A stretch of DNA of 63,006 nucleotides, counting the filler. It is 4 parts of 4 records of this genome, joined end to end, with 100 filler letters (N's around TTAATTAATTAA, not from the genome) between each part and the next. Parts side by side here need not be neighbours in the genome. Positions count along the whole stretch, not along the records: positions 1 to 20,215 come from SRR20825019_237; 3 more parts are not named here. One strand, given 5' to 3'. This document shows, piece by piece, positions 1-9,995 of this stretch. The notes under the pieces are model-generated. The model saw only the letters and a list, made by a program, of their open reading frames with translations. It was not told the origin of the DNA and made no database searches. Every line of letters starts with the position of its first letter. The first letter of the stretch is position 1. Made by a program: the position numbers and the translations under genes.

Positions 1-75
1 GAGAGTTTCCGGGGCGGTTGCTCCTTCGGCGCCGACAGTGGGTTTCCCCGGGTGTCGATCTCTCCCGCACAGGCG
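1..75 (-). ncRNA. Glycine riboswitch, first aptamer, truncated by the window start
   Basis: The reverse complement reads GCGGGAGAGATCGACA...TGTCGGCGCCGAAGGAGCAACCGCCCCGGAAACTCTC. This carries the GGAGA, CCGAAGGAGCAA and GAAACTCTC(AGG) hallmarks of glycine aptamers, with a paired P2 stem (TCGACA/TGTCGG). The regulated gene lies outside the window. Confidence 0.9.
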
Positions 76-124
76 ATGCAGCAACCCCGAAATGCATTGG
101 CTGCCACGTGACCTGATGTGGGCG

Positions 125-155
125 ATCATATGCAGAAGAAAGCGGGCGGAGTCAA
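125..155 (-). promoter_or_regulatory. Possible sigma70-type promoter for the riboswitch leader
   Basis: Minus strand has TTGACT followed 17-19 nt later by CATATGAT, about 50 nt upstream of the aptamer. Motif match only. Confidence 0.3.
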
Positions 156-216
156 TCGCGAAAAGCCTTTCGGCAGACTGCGACGACTAACCCATATTTG
201 AAAGAGAGCCTTGCTG

Positions 217-834
217 TCAGTTCGACAGCTTTCGGATATAAAGTTGATGCAAATGAGTGCGGATCAACTTCAGTTTGTTAAGATGTGTATTCACAAAAGC
301 ATCAATGGCAAGTTTCGGGCTTCTGAGCGCATCCAACTTAGGTGGTGGCATCTCTGACCACAGATAATCATCAAAAGCCATAATACCACCAACCTTCAAA
401 AGCTTGAAACCGAGGACCGCGTCACACAGTACGTCCGGCGCCTGATGCGAGCCGTCGATATAGACAAAATCGAAATAATTTTTCTTGCCACCCGCCAGCA
501 AGGAGGCCATCTCCATATCGGATGAACCTTTATGCACCACTAGGTCCACAGGCTGCGCGGCCGCATCAATCACACTTTGAGTATTCCGACGAAAGCGATC
601 TTCTACCAGGCCCATCTGCTCGCTTTCATGCTCTACCCCACCCTCCCAGGTATCCACACAGTGGATTTCAAGAGCATGCTCGGAGGCGAGGCTGGAGATC
701 AAATAGCAAGCGCTTGCCCCTTCAAAGGAGCCTACTTCCAGAATTTTTTCGGGTTTTAAGGATGGGATAAGTTTATCCCAAACTGGTCTAGCCGATTGAA
801 CGAACCAATCGTTAGTGACTTCGATTGCATCCAT
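217..834 (-). CDS. Class I SAM-dependent methyltransferase (Methyltransf_24-like)
   Basis: Motifs ILEVGSFEGAS, CVDTW, FDFVYIDGSH and GGIMAFDDYLW. Confidence 0.85.
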   Translation of the reverse strand: MDAIEVTNDWFVQSARPVWDKLIPSLKPEKILEVGSFEGASACYLISSLASEHALEIHCVDTWEGGVEHESEQMGLVEDRFRRNTQSVIDAAAQPVDLVVHKGSSDMEMASLLAGGKKNYFDFVYIDGSHQAPDVLCDAVLGFKLLKVGGIMAFDDYLWSEMPPPKLDALRSPKLAIDAFVNTHLNKLKLIRTHLHQLYIRKLSN

Positions 835-932
835 CGCGCACCCCCATTATAGCAGCCCAAGCTCCAACCATCAGGCTCGTCACCAAAACCAATAAAAAGT
901 CATATGTGCACTGGTTAAAACCGACGAAGAGA

Positions 933-1439
933 CTAGCGTTCCATATTGTAGACAACGTCCTGCGCGTCCATCTGGAAACCGATGAGCACTTCATAGTTAT
1001 AGCGGCGAGCCTGCTCGATCGTTGGCACCAACTGACGTACAACCTCGCGGCTGCGGGCAAAACCATCACGGTCAAAGCGCAGTGTTACATCGAATATCTC
1101 TTTCGAGACGATCTGGCTGTTATCTTTCAGTACAGCCACAAAATAAGGGATAGTGACCTCGCGCCCGGCGAATGCAGGGCCTGTGTTTCCGCCCACATAA
1201 AAGGTGACAGTGTTCCGAACGCTTTCGCCTTCAGTGCATTCCGTCGTCACATCCATGATGGAGGCTGTGTATTGCACATCGTTTGTCGTGCGCCCCTCAC
1301 CTTTAAAACGGGTCAGCGTGCCCATGTCGCCAACAATAGCAACGGCGGGGCAGCGAGAAACCACCACCTCAAGCGGGCTTCTATTACATGCAGCCAGCAT
1401 GAGTGTGAACGCTGCCAAAAACACAAAACGAACGGACAT
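933..1439 (-). CDS. Hypothetical lipoprotein, divergent from ispH
   Basis: Start moved to ATG 1439 (MSVRFVFLAAFTLMLAAC), which gives a signal peptide with a LAAC lipobox. The mature part is beta-rich with two more Cys. Confidence 0.75.
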   Translation of the reverse strand: MSVRFVFLAAFTLMLAACNRSPLEVVVSRCPAVAIVGDMGTLTRFKGEGRTTNDVQYTASIMDVTTECTEGESVRNTVTFYVGGNTGPAFAGREVTIPYFVAVLKDNSQIVSKEIFDVTLRFDRDGFARSREVVRQLVPTIEQARRYNYEVLIGFQMDAQDVVYNMER

Positions 1440-1723
1440 CAAGAACCCTTTCAAAATATTCCTCCCCACCATGGCACGCAAATATTGAGGTTGCGCCATG
1501 CGGATTTTGGCGGCGATCATAAAAAGAAGACGACCCAAGCGCAAGCAGGCATCTGCCTCACGCAAGTTTCTTTTTCAGGCCGCATAAAATGCCAGAGTCC
1601 CAGCTACGTGTGAAGCGTGACAATATTAGGGCAATAAAAGCCTACTTCCGGTAAGACAGCGCCTTGACCAGCGCCTGCATGGCAGGTAGCTAGAGGGGGA
1701 CCGAGTTCTCAGGAGATGATGAC

Positions 1724-2680
1724 ATGTCATCAACAGGCACCACCCCCCTTCGCATACTGCTTGCCAACCCCAGAGGGTTTTGTGCAGGCGTTGACCGCGC
1801 CATCAAGATTGTCGAGCTGGCGATCAAGAAATTTGGCGCACCGGTTTATGTGCGGCACGAGATCGTTCACAACCGCTATGTGGTTGAGGGGCTTGAGGCG
1901 CAAGGCGCTGTATTCGTTGATGAACTTGATGAAGTGCCCGATGATGTGCCGGTCGTATTCTCGGCGCACGGAGTACCCAAAGCGGTGCCCGAAGAAGCTG
2001 AAAAACGCAAAATGATATATGTGGACGCCACCTGCCCGCTGGTAAGCAAGGTGCACCGCGAAGTGGAACGCCACCAGGCGCACGGGCGGCATATCCTGAT
2101 GATTGGCCATGCTGGCCACCCCGAGGTGATTGGAACCATGGGTCAGGTCCCGCCCGGCTCAATGACATTGATTGAAACGGTAGCGGACGCCGAAAATGTG
2201 CTGCCGCAAAACCCGAATGAACTCTCATTCGTGACCCAGACAACCCTATCGGTGGATGACACTACAGAAATCGTTGCTGTGCTTGAGCGTCGTTTCCCTG
2301 GTCTGACCAAACCAAAAAAGGAAGACATCTGCTACGCGACCACCAACAGGCAGGTCGCGGTGAAGGAAGTTGCCAAGCAAGCCGACCGCGTGATCGTGAT
2401 TGGCTCCCGCAATTCCTCAAACAGCAGGCGGTTGGTTGAGGTATCGGAGAAAGCAGGTTGCCCGGCGCGCCTTGTGCTGCGCGCAGCAGATCTCGACTGG
2501 GAATGGCTCGCAGGTGCAACGGCGGTCGGCATCTCAGCCGGTGCCAGCGCACCCGAGATATTGGTGGAGGAAGTGATCGAGGCACTCAAACAGCGTTTTG
2601 ACGCTCATGTTGAGCTTGTGACCACGGCCGAAGAGGACGTGATCTTCAAGGTGCCCCCTATGCTCAAGGACGTTGCCTGA
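1724..2680 (+). CDS. ispH: 4-hydroxy-3-methylbut-2-enyl diphosphate reductase
   Basis: [29 protein letters not shown] (three Fe-S Cys) and SSNS motifs. Confidence 0.97.
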   Translation: MSSTGTTPLRILLANPRGFCAGVDRAIKIVELAIKKFGAPVYVRHEIVHNRYVVEGLEAQGAVFVDELDEVPDDVPVVFSAHGVPKAVPEEAEKRKMIYVDATCPLVSKVHREVERHQAHGRHILMIGHAGHPEVIGTMGQVPPGSMTLIETVADAENVLPQNPNELSFVTQTTLSVDDTTEIVAVLERRFPGLTKPKKEDICYATTNRQVAVKEVAKQADRVIVIGSRNSSNSRRLVEVSEKAGCPARLVLRAADLDWEWLAGATAVGISAGASAPEILVEEVIEALKQRFDAHVELVTTAEEDVIFKVPPMLKDVA

Positions 2681-3639
2681 TGGCAGTATACACTCAGGTT
2701 GACGACCGCACCCTTGCGGCCTTTCTCGCTGACTATGACGTTGGTAATGCCACAAGTTTCAAGGGAATCGCAGAGGGGGTGGAAAACTCCAACTATCTGC
2801 TGGAGACCACCAAAGCACGGTTTATTCTGACGCTGTACGAGAAGCGCGCAAACCCGGAAGATTTGCCCTATTTCCTCGACATGATGGAACATCTGGCCAA
2901 ACACGATATTCCTGCGCCTCTGCCTATCAGAGACAAGACGGGGGACGCGCTCAGAACGCTAAACGGCCGCCCCGCTTGCCTGATCAGCTTTCTCTCTGGC
3001 GTTAGCGTTAACGAGCCAAGCCCTGAGCACTCCGCAGCGCTCGGCGCCATGTTGGCCCGGATGCATATCGCGACCAGGAATTTTGACCAAAACCGCCCGA
3101 ACGACCTATCGCTTGAAGGCTGGAAAAAGCTGGCACAAGACACTAAAGCACGGGCGGATGAAGTGGCGCCGGGCCTCGCGCAGCTTATCGCAGACGAGTT
3201 GGCCTTCCTTAACGCCAACTGGCCCAAAGACCTGCCCAAGGGTACGGTTCACGCAGACCTCTTCCCTGATAACGTGCTTTTCACCGGACATGAGATCACC
3301 GGCGTTATTGATTTTTATTTCGGCTGTACCGACTTTCTCGCATATGACATTGCCATCTGCATTAATGCCTGGTGTTTTGATCGCGATCAGCAGTTCAACG
3401 CCCAGTGTGCCAAACGTATGACCGAACTGTATGACACGCACCGCCGCCTGGAAGGTGCAGAGGTCGCGGCCCTACCTATATTGTGCCGGGGCGCCGCTCT
3501 TCGTTTCCTGCTGACACGGCTGTATGACTGGCTTAACCCAGTTGAAGGTGCCGTTGTGAAACCACACAACCCCATAGAATACCTCAAGAAATTGAAGTTT
3601 CATCAATCCGTTCGGGATGCGGCTGATTATGTCGTCTAA
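2680..3639 (+). CDS. thrB: Homoserine kinase, type II (APH-like)
   Basis: MAVYT start, [20 protein letters not shown] and [10 protein letters not shown]; start overlaps the ispH stop. Confidence 0.95.
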   Translation: MAVYTQVDDRTLAAFLADYDVGNATSFKGIAEGVENSNYLLETTKARFILTLYEKRANPEDLPYFLDMMEHLAKHDIPAPLPIRDKTGDALRTLNGRPACLISFLSGVSVNEPSPEHSAALGAMLARMHIATRNFDQNRPNDLSLEGWKKLAQDTKARADEVAPGLAQLIADELAFLNANWPKDLPKGTVHADLFPDNVLFTGHEITGVIDFYFGCTDFLAYDIAICINAWCFDRDQQFNAQCAKRMTELYDTHRRLEGAEVAALPILCRGAALRFLLTRLYDWLNPVEGAVVKPHNPIEYLKKLKFHQSVRDAADYVV

Positions 3640-4078
3640 AGGCAAAACGGTCGACATCTACACAGACGGCGCATGCTCGGGCAACCCCGGCCCCGGTGGC
3701 TGGGGGGTACTCATGCTGTACGGTGAGCATGAAAAAGAGTTGACCGGCGGTGAAATGGAAACAACCAACAACCGCATGGAACTAACTGCAGCCATTGAAG
3801 CGCTCAAGGCCCTCAGTCGTCCGTGCAAGGTGGACCTCCACACCGACAGCACCTATGTGCGCGACGGTATCACCAAGTGGATTCATGGCTGGAAGGCAAA
3901 AGGCTGGCGCACCGCCTCAAAAAAACCGGTCAAGAATGCAGACCTGTGGCAGGCGCTTGATAAGGCTGTCGCGCGTCATGATATTAATTGGATCTGGGTG
4001 AAAGGCCACGCCGGTGACCCCGGGAACGAGCGGGCAGACGCACTCGCGAACCAAGGCATGGCACCCTATAAACCCTAA
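3629..4078 (+). CDS. rnhA: Ribonuclease HI
   Basis: [32 protein letters not shown] and NERAD motifs. Start taken at MSSKGK (ORF track starts at 3617). Confidence 0.97.
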   Translation: MSSKGKTVDIYTDGACSGNPGPGGWGVLMLYGEHEKELTGGEMETTNNRMELTAAIEALKALSRPCKVDLHTDSTYVRDGITKWIHGWKAKGWRTASKKPVKNADLWQALDKAVARHDINWIWVKGHAGDPGNERADALANQGMAPYKP

Positions 4079-4139
4079 ACGCCGATTGCGTTTCCCCGTT
4101 GCCACGCTATCCTTCCCTTCAATCACAAGGGGAGATTTT

Positions 4140-5264
4140 ATGAAAGCGTACAACCTTGCATTCATCGGAGCCGTCTGGAGCCTGTTGAGCACCAGCGTTT
4201 ATGCTGAAAACAATCTTGACCAGGCAATCATCGCGGCGGCGGAAAGCGAGGTTCAGAAAACCACGGTCGCCGGGCTTTCTGTTGCTGTTGGGAAAGGGAA
4301 CGATCTCATCTTTGCCCGTGGATTTGGCGTGGCGAACATTGAGACAGGCGACATGGTATCGCCCGACACACAAATGCGCGTCGGTAGCGTCTCCAAGGTA
4401 TTCACAGCCGCCTTGCTTGCTAAGTTGTACGAAGATGGCAAGCTTGATCTCGACGCGCCAGTTGAAACCTATGTACCCGCCTTTCCCTCAAAGCAATGGC
4501 CCGTCAGCACCCGGCAAATGGCGGCGCACATGAGTGGCATTCGCCATTATAAAGGCGACGAATTTCTCAACACCCGGCACTTTGCGACTGTAAGCGATGG
4601 CATTGAAATGTTTATCCATGACCCGCTGAATTTCGAGCCGGGCACGCGCGTCCAATACTCAAGCCATGCCTGGAACCTGATCAGTGCAGCACTTGAAGGC
4701 GCAGGCGGGAATGATTTCCTGAGCATGATGGACGATCGTGTCTTTAGTGACATTGAGATGCACGATACCGCCGCCGAAGACGCGACCAAAACCTTCCCGA
4801 ACCTTAGCGCTTTTCATCTTGATGAAAATGGTAGCCCGGCAATCGCACCCTTTGTGGACAATAGCTACAAGTGGGCAGGCGGGGGCTTCATTGGCACCGC
4901 GAGTGATATGGTGCGCTTTGGCCTCTCCCATACCGAACCCGGCTTCCTGAAGCAGGAAACGCTGGACCTGCTATTCACTGAGCAATTTTTGAGTAGCGGA
5001 AAGCCCGCCGGTTTTGGCATTGGCTGGATGACAGCAGGCAACATGCGCGCGCGGCTTGAACGTGATGGTCTAACTGAATATATGCCTGCAATACATGACC
5101 ATCTGGTGTGGCACTCAGGTGGTTCCATGGGGGGTGTCGCGCTTCTTCTTGTTGATACAGAACATGACATCGCTGTTGGCCTGTTGGCCAATCATGGCCA
5201 AGCATTCCCAGCCCTGATGCATGTGGGCCTTGAGGCCCTAAGGGCCGCCCTCACCGCCCAATAA
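4140..5264 (+). CDS. Exported serine hydrolase, beta-lactamase/AmpC-like superfamily
   Basis: GGAG RBS before ATG 4140, signal peptide, SxxK (SVSK), YSS and HSGG motifs, LNFEPGT. Confidence 0.85.
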   Translation: MKAYNLAFIGAVWSLLSTSVYAENNLDQAIIAAAESEVQKTTVAGLSVAVGKGNDLIFARGFGVANIETGDMVSPDTQMRVGSVSKVFTAALLAKLYEDGKLDLDAPVETYVPAFPSKQWPVSTRQMAAHMSGIRHYKGDEFLNTRHFATVSDGIEMFIHDPLNFEPGTRVQYSSHAWNLISAALEGAGGNDFLSMMDDRVFSDIEMHDTAAEDATKTFPNLSAFHLDENGSPAIAPFVDNSYKWAGGGFIGTASDMVRFGLSHTEPGFLKQETLDLLFTEQFLSSGKPAGFGIGWMTAGNMRARLERDGLTEYMPAIHDHLVWHSGGSMGGVALLLVDTEHDIAVGLLANHGQAFPALMHVGLEALRAALTAQ

Positions 5265-5268
5265 TGGA

Positions 5269-5294
5269 AAAGGCGCAGCCATGGCTGCGCCTTT
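5269..5294. terminator. Bidirectional intrinsic terminator between convergent genes
   Basis: Perfect 26-bp palindrome AAAGGCGCAGCCATGGCTGCGCCTTT between the stops at 5264 (+) and 5318 (-). Confidence 0.75.
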
Positions 5295-5317
5295 CATTTC
5301 TCCAATCCGTTCGCCTC

Positions 5318-7018
5318 TTATCTGGCGAAAGTATCCCCGAAGAAATCACCTTCATTCCAACCAGGGCGCGCATCCGTGTTCGCGATGGAATTCACAATCA
5401 ACCAGTTGGCTTTGGCGAACTTGGCGCCAGCGTCATAGTTGATTTCCTGGCTCAGGTCGTCATGCGGGGAATGGTACGTCTTGCCCAGAAACTCGCGGAA
5501 GATAGCTCCGCCGTCTTCGCCAGCCTCGGTTTTACCCCAGCCTGTTACCAAAAACACCGAAGGGATGCCCTGCTGCACAAAGCGGTAATGATCGCTGCGC
5601 GTAAAAATGCCCTCTTCCGGCATTGGGTCAGGCCCTAGCGATACATTGATTTGCGCAAGCGCAGCTTCTGTTACAGGACCAAGGCTGCTGCGTTCCGCAC
5701 CGAAGGCCACCACGTCGCTGAAATCATAGAGCAGGATTGGCATATCAAGGTTGACGTTTGCCACCATGGCCGACTTTTCAACGGTAGGGAACCGCGCAAA
5801 ATACTCAGCGCCCAACAGTCCTTTTTCCTCCGCCACCACAGCAGCGAACAAGATGGAACGGCGCGGTTTAACACCAGCACGCGCATAGGCGCGAGCCACT
5901 TCCATCATCACAGAAACGCCTGTTGCGTTATCAATGGCCCCGTTATTGATTTTGTCATCACCTTTGGGATGCTTGGCGATGCCGATATGATCAAGGTGCG
6001 CGGACATCACAACATACTCGTTTTTGAGCACAGGGTCCGATCCCTCAAGCACACCCAGTACGTTCGGACTGTTAAACTCGTCAGAAAGCTCACTCGCGAA
6101 CGCCATGTGTGCTGTAACGCCGGTGTTGAAACCGGCGGGGGAGCCCACCTCAGCCTCATTCAGCATCTCATCAAAAGACTTGCCAGATGCTTCAAAAATC
6201 TGGCGCGCAACGTCATGGCTCACAGCTGCTGACAAGGCGATAGCCGGCGCTGGTGTTTCATCCGTTTCAGGCATTACCCAGTCAAAGCTTTCTGTGGTCA
6301 GATATTTTTTGAGGCGCTCGAACGGTCGACGCTTCTCGTTAGAGAGCGACCCGAAGGAGATGAAACCAATGGCACCGCGACGCGCAAGTTCAGCCCGTTT
6401 GGTTGTGGAAGAACCATGATGCGCGCGCACTTCCGTATTGAAGGAAGTTGGACCGCCAGAGAGGACCAGCACCACTTTGCCTTCGAGATCAAGCCCTTCG
6501 AGGTCATCGTAGCCAATTTCGGGTGCGTGAATGCCGTACCCTGCAAATACAATCTCACCAGTCTCATCGCCTGAAGGCAAACGAACATCGCCGCCCATGA
6601 AGAAGTCGTCACCAAGGGCCAGCGTCTTTTCTTCGCCGCCCAGCGTCAACGACATGCTGGCTTTGGCCTGATCGAGCTTGGCGGTGCGGAATGGAACTTC
6701 CTGAAAATAGGAGCCCCCTGCCCCTGCAGGCTTCAAACCAAGGCGAGCATATTCAGCTGCCACATAATTGGCGGCGATCCTATAGCCCTCACTACCGGTG
6801 TCCCGCCCCCGCAGAAGATCATCCGCCAGAAAGGTCACGTCAGCTTTGATGCGGTCTGCGCTGAAAGTAGAAATGTCGCTGTCAGAAGTCGCGGTTTTCA
6901 CCTGAGCGCCAGTGCACGCAGCCAGCACACCAAGCGCAAGAAGGGAAAATCCCTTGCGTAGTATTTTTTTCGTTTTCACTGTCTTATCCCATATCTTGGC
7001 GCGAAAGCGCCGTACCAA
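5318..7018 (-). CDS. M28 family metallopeptidase with PA domain, lipoprotein
   Basis: LAAC lipobox, SAHLDHIG, NGAIDNATG, AEEKGLLG, NLDM, RSDH and YH Zn-ligand motifs. True start may be slightly downstream. Confidence 0.9.
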   Translation of the reverse strand: MVRRFRAKIWDKTVKTKKILRKGFSLLALGVLAACTGAQVKTATSDSDISTFSADRIKADVTFLADDLLRGRDTGSEGYRIAANYVAAEYARLGLKPAGAGGSYFQEVPFRTAKLDQAKASMSLTLGGEEKTLALGDDFFMGGDVRLPSGDETGEIVFAGYGIHAPEIGYDDLEGLDLEGKVVLVLSGGPTSFNTEVRAHHGSSTTKRAELARRGAIGFISFGSLSNEKRRPFERLKKYLTTESFDWVMPETDETPAPAIALSAAVSHDVARQIFEASGKSFDEMLNEAEVGSPAGFNTGVTAHMAFASELSDEFNSPNVLGVLEGSDPVLKNEYVVMSAHLDHIGIAKHPKGDDKINNGAIDNATGVSVMMEVARAYARAGVKPRRSILFAAVVAEEKGLLGAEYFARFPTVEKSAMVANVNLDMPILLYDFSDVVAFGAERSSLGPVTEAALAQINVSLGPDPMPEEGIFTRSDHYRFVQQGIPSVFLVTGWGKTEAGEDGGAIFREFLGKTYHSPHDDLSQEINYDAGAKFAKANWLIVNSIANTDARPGWNEGDFFGDTFAR

Positions 7019-7123
7019 GCCCCACCCCGGGCCTTTTCAATTTATCATATGAAGATAACCAGCCACCCCCAATAGTCAATCCAAGCGAAAGTTGGTCACA
7101 CAGCCCTTATGAACAATGATGGC

Positions 7124-8410
7124 TCACTGTTGTTTAAGCGCCTCAACAATCGCCCACATACGGTCCTGTCCCCACAGTGTCTCGGTACCGATCCGGAAAG
7201 TGGGCACGCCCCAGCTGCCGTTCATCAACATCATCTGGCGATTACGTTCTGCAATGGGTTGCCACACATCGCGCGGCATGGCACCTGCGGCTTTTGCAGG
7301 TGCAATACCCGCCTTCTCAAGAATTTTTCTGATGCCTGCGTCACTCGCGCCGTCAATACCCTCAGCCCACACACTACGGGTAAAAGCCTTAAAGAAGGCC
7401 AGGTCTTCACCGTCTTCAGCCAACCTGAAACCAAGCGCCATAGCCCGATTTGTTGCTTCACCAAGCGGGTCAACAACGCGGCCAAACGGAATGCTTTCAA
7501 CTCGCGCCTCTCGCGCTGCATCGGTAAAGATATACCGCCGCTTGGCGGCAGGCACCGGCAAACCACGCATAACCATGGGCATCACTGGTTTAAGCTTGAG
7601 CCGCACGCCGGATGCGTTGGCAAAATCTGATGCGAGATGCAGGGCAATATAGCTATAGGGGCTGCGTACAGAGAAGAAGAGCTCCAGCGTTCGCCCCGAA
7701 ACGCTTCGGTCGAGGTTCTCAAGGCCGTAGCGCCACAGTCGGTGCAGCTCGAAATGCACCTCACCATCACCAATGCCGAGCCGGTTCAATCGCCGTTCAA
7801 GATGGTCAAGCCGGTCTAGGCCCGGATAAAACTCACCATCATAATAGATATTGCCAGACGCATAGTGCCCGAGCTTTGAGAGAAGCTTCTCATTCTGGCC
7901 AAGGAGGTTTTCGTCAAGGTCCGCTGCAACACAGAGCCCCCGCACCGCCTTGATATCCTGCTGCCAGAGAGCCGAACCCACTTCTTCCGCGACCGAGAAG
8001 AAATTGGGGTCGTTCTGCATCTTCGCGAGCTGTCTGTTCGCCATACCAACGGCCAACCTGTCTGGCACCGTGGCGGAAGATGGGAAACCAAGCCCATAAA
8101 GGCGCGCCAGCCTTGTGGCCTCTATAATTGAATAGGCCTCATAACGCTGTGGGTCCGGGTACATGTTGGCAGGCAAACGCTCCACAACGAGCGGTCTTAT
8201 CCGCACATCAAAACGCTCTGCAAGGTCAGGCAAAACCTGCACCATCAGTTGACTGTATGGGTCGTCCGCCCGGTGGAAATAAAGAATTTCCCGCGGCTTG
8301 CGCTTAATTTTACGCGCAACTTCGGCTCGGGTGCGCGCAAGATTTTGCCGCCCCTCACTCGCGAGCCATGCTCCAACATATGATTTTATGGTATTCCCAA
8401 TGTTCATCAC
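7124..8410 (-). CDS. Tandem-domain DsbA-like / HCCA isomerase (kappa-GST) family protein
   Basis: Two repeats of the fold: FHRADDPYS...FYPGLDRL and FFSVRSPYSY...WGVPTF...LWGQDRM. Confidence 0.8.
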   Translation of the reverse strand: MMNIGNTIKSYVGAWLASEGRQNLARTRAEVARKIKRKPREILYFHRADDPYSQLMVQVLPDLAERFDVRIRPLVVERLPANMYPDPQRYEAYSIIEATRLARLYGLGFPSSATVPDRLAVGMANRQLAKMQNDPNFFSVAEEVGSALWQQDIKAVRGLCVAADLDENLLGQNEKLLSKLGHYASGNIYYDGEFYPGLDRLDHLERRLNRLGIGDGEVHFELHRLWRYGLENLDRSVSGRTLELFFSVRSPYSYIALHLASDFANASGVRLKLKPVMPMVMRGLPVPAAKRRYIFTDAAREARVESIPFGRVVDPLGEATNRAMALGFRLAEDGEDLAFFKAFTRSVWAEGIDGASDAGIRKILEKAGIAPAKAAGAMPRDVWQPIAERNRQMMLMNGSWGVPTFRIGTETLWGQDRMWAIVEALKQQ

Positions 8411-8438
8411 ATGCTGATGATCGAAAAAGAAGAGCCTG

Positions 8439-8900
8439 TCAATCTTCGACAGGCTCCACGTTCATGACGATGCCATTGATAGACTTCACTTTAACTCGCG
8501 TGCCTTCGGCGCTATCCGGGCCTTCCGCGAGCCAGCGACTGTCCCCCACCGTAACATGCCCGCGTCCGTTCACAATAGCATCGGACACGAGATAAACCTT
8601 GCCAACATGCGACTGCCCTCGAGTGTTGACAACCGGCTCACCTTCTTCCATCATTTTGGCATAGAAGAACCGGTTGCCAATATAGATGGACGCCGCGCCA
8701 AGAACAGCAAACGCGAGGCCATGCCCGTCAAAGCCCATATCCGGCATGAAAAAGGCCAAAAGCCCAGTGGCCAGCCCTGCTATACCGATCCAGAGCAGAT
8801 AGACACCAGGGATAACCATCTCTCCAGCAAGCAGCAGAACGCCAACGCCCCACCAAAGCCAATGGGCATTTTCAACCGCCCAACTTAGAAACGCTTCCAT
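8439..8900 (-). CDS. NfeD family membrane protein (YbbJ-like)
   Basis: Hydrophobic N-terminus (LLLAGEMVIPGVYLLWIG) and a C-terminal OB fold (GRGHVTVGDSRWLAEG). Start at ATG 8900, directly after the SPFH gene. Confidence 0.9.
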   Translation of the reverse strand: MEAFLSWAVENAHWLWWGVGVLLLAGEMVIPGVYLLWIGIAGLATGLLAFFMPDMGFDGHGLAFAVLGAASIYIGNRFFYAKMMEEGEPVVNTRGQSHVGKVYLVSDAIVNGRGHVTVGDSRWLAEGPDSAEGTRVKVKSINGIVMNVEPVED

Positions 8901-8904
8901 CGTC

Positions 8905-9867
8905 CTACTCCGTCGTTGGTATACCACTTGCCGTGGTCTTGCGGCGGCTGCCATCTTTATTCAAATCTTTGAACAGCTCGGAGATCCCGCCGAGTGAACC
9001 AATAACACTGGACGCTTCCATCGGCATAAAGACAAGCTTCTCGTTAGGTGAGCGTGCAAAGCTATGAAGGGCTTCAACATACTTCTGGGCCACAAAATAG
9101 TTGATGGCTTGTGCATTACCGTCACCGATCGCTTTTGACACCATCTCTGTCGCCTTGGCTTCGGCTTCAGCTTCACGTTCCCGCGCCTCAGCATCCTTAT
9201 AGGCTGCTTCCCGCCGGCCTTCAGCTTGCAGGATAGCCGCCATTTTCTGGCCTTCTGCACGCTTGATTTCTGATTCCCTTTGCCCTTCGGCTTCAAGAAT
9301 TGCCGCCCGTTTTTCCCTCTCAGCTTTCATTTGGCGTGCCATCGAATCCACAATATCCCGAGGAGGCTCGATATCCTTGATCTCGATCCGGGTGATTTTC
9401 ACGCCCCATGGCTGGGTTGCACCATCCACCACGTTCATCAACCGCGCATTGATATCGTCGCGCTTGGAGAGAAGCTCATCAAGGTCCATAGATCCCATCA
9501 CCGTACGCAGATTGGTCATCGTAAGGTTCAGGGTCGCGATCTCGAGGTTACTGACCTCGTAGCTCGCTTTGGAGGCGTCAAGCACCTGAAAAAACACCAC
9601 GCCGTCAGCCGCAACCATGGCGTTATCACGCGTGATCACCTCCTGTGTGGGGATATCAAGCACCTGCTCCATCATTATGATCTTGTGCCCGATACGATCA
9701 ATGAGTGGCATGATCAGATGCAGGCCAGGTGAAAGTGTACCCGTATACCGCCCAAAACGCTCAACGGTGTATTCATAGCCTTGTTTGACCATCACAACGG
9801 ATGAGAAAATCAGAACGATAACAAAGAGAACAATAAGTCCAACAACGATTGACGACATTTCAAGCAT
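8905..9867 (-). CDS. SPFH/band 7 (stomatin-like, QmcA/YbbK-type) protein
   Basis: N-terminal [42 protein letters not shown] coiled coil; paired with NfeD. Confidence 0.93.
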   Translation of the reverse strand: MLEMSSIVVGLIVLFVIVLIFSSVVMVKQGYEYTVERFGRYTGTLSPGLHLIMPLIDRIGHKIIMMEQVLDIPTQEVITRDNAMVAADGVVFFQVLDASKASYEVSNLEIATLNLTMTNLRTVMGSMDLDELLSKRDDINARLMNVVDGATQPWGVKITRIEIKDIEPPRDIVDSMARQMKAEREKRAAILEAEGQRESEIKRAEGQKMAAILQAEGRREAAYKDAEAREREAEAEAKATEMVSKAIGDGNAQAINYFVAQKYVEALHSFARSPNEKLVFMPMEASSVIGSLGGISELFKDLNKDGSRRKTTASGIPTTE

Positions 9868-9946
9868 AGATCAAATCCCCCATAACTACGCCTGCCGAGC
9901 CTGTCTCATGTAGGCATAGATAATATATAGGGATATCGCGAGACAT

Positions 9947-9971
9947 AAAAAAGGGCAGCCAAAGCCGCCCT
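9947..9971 (-). terminator. Intrinsic terminator after the peroxiredoxin gene
   Basis: Minus strand AGGGCGGC-TTTG-GCTGCCCT followed by a T tract, 25 nt past the stop. Confidence 0.7.
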
Positions 9972-9995
9972 GATTTTTTTATAAGTCCTAAGTGC

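Noticed and set aside
825..1613. 262-aa plus-strand ORF and similar shadows in block 1 (13785..14447, 15636..16250, 18682..19311)
   Set aside because: They overlap better-supported opposite-strand genes and lack family motifs.
4140..5264. Antibiotic-resistance beta-lactamase
   Set aside because: It has YSS and HSG rather than the YxN and KTG of class C enzymes, which fits the broad esterase/peptidase branch.
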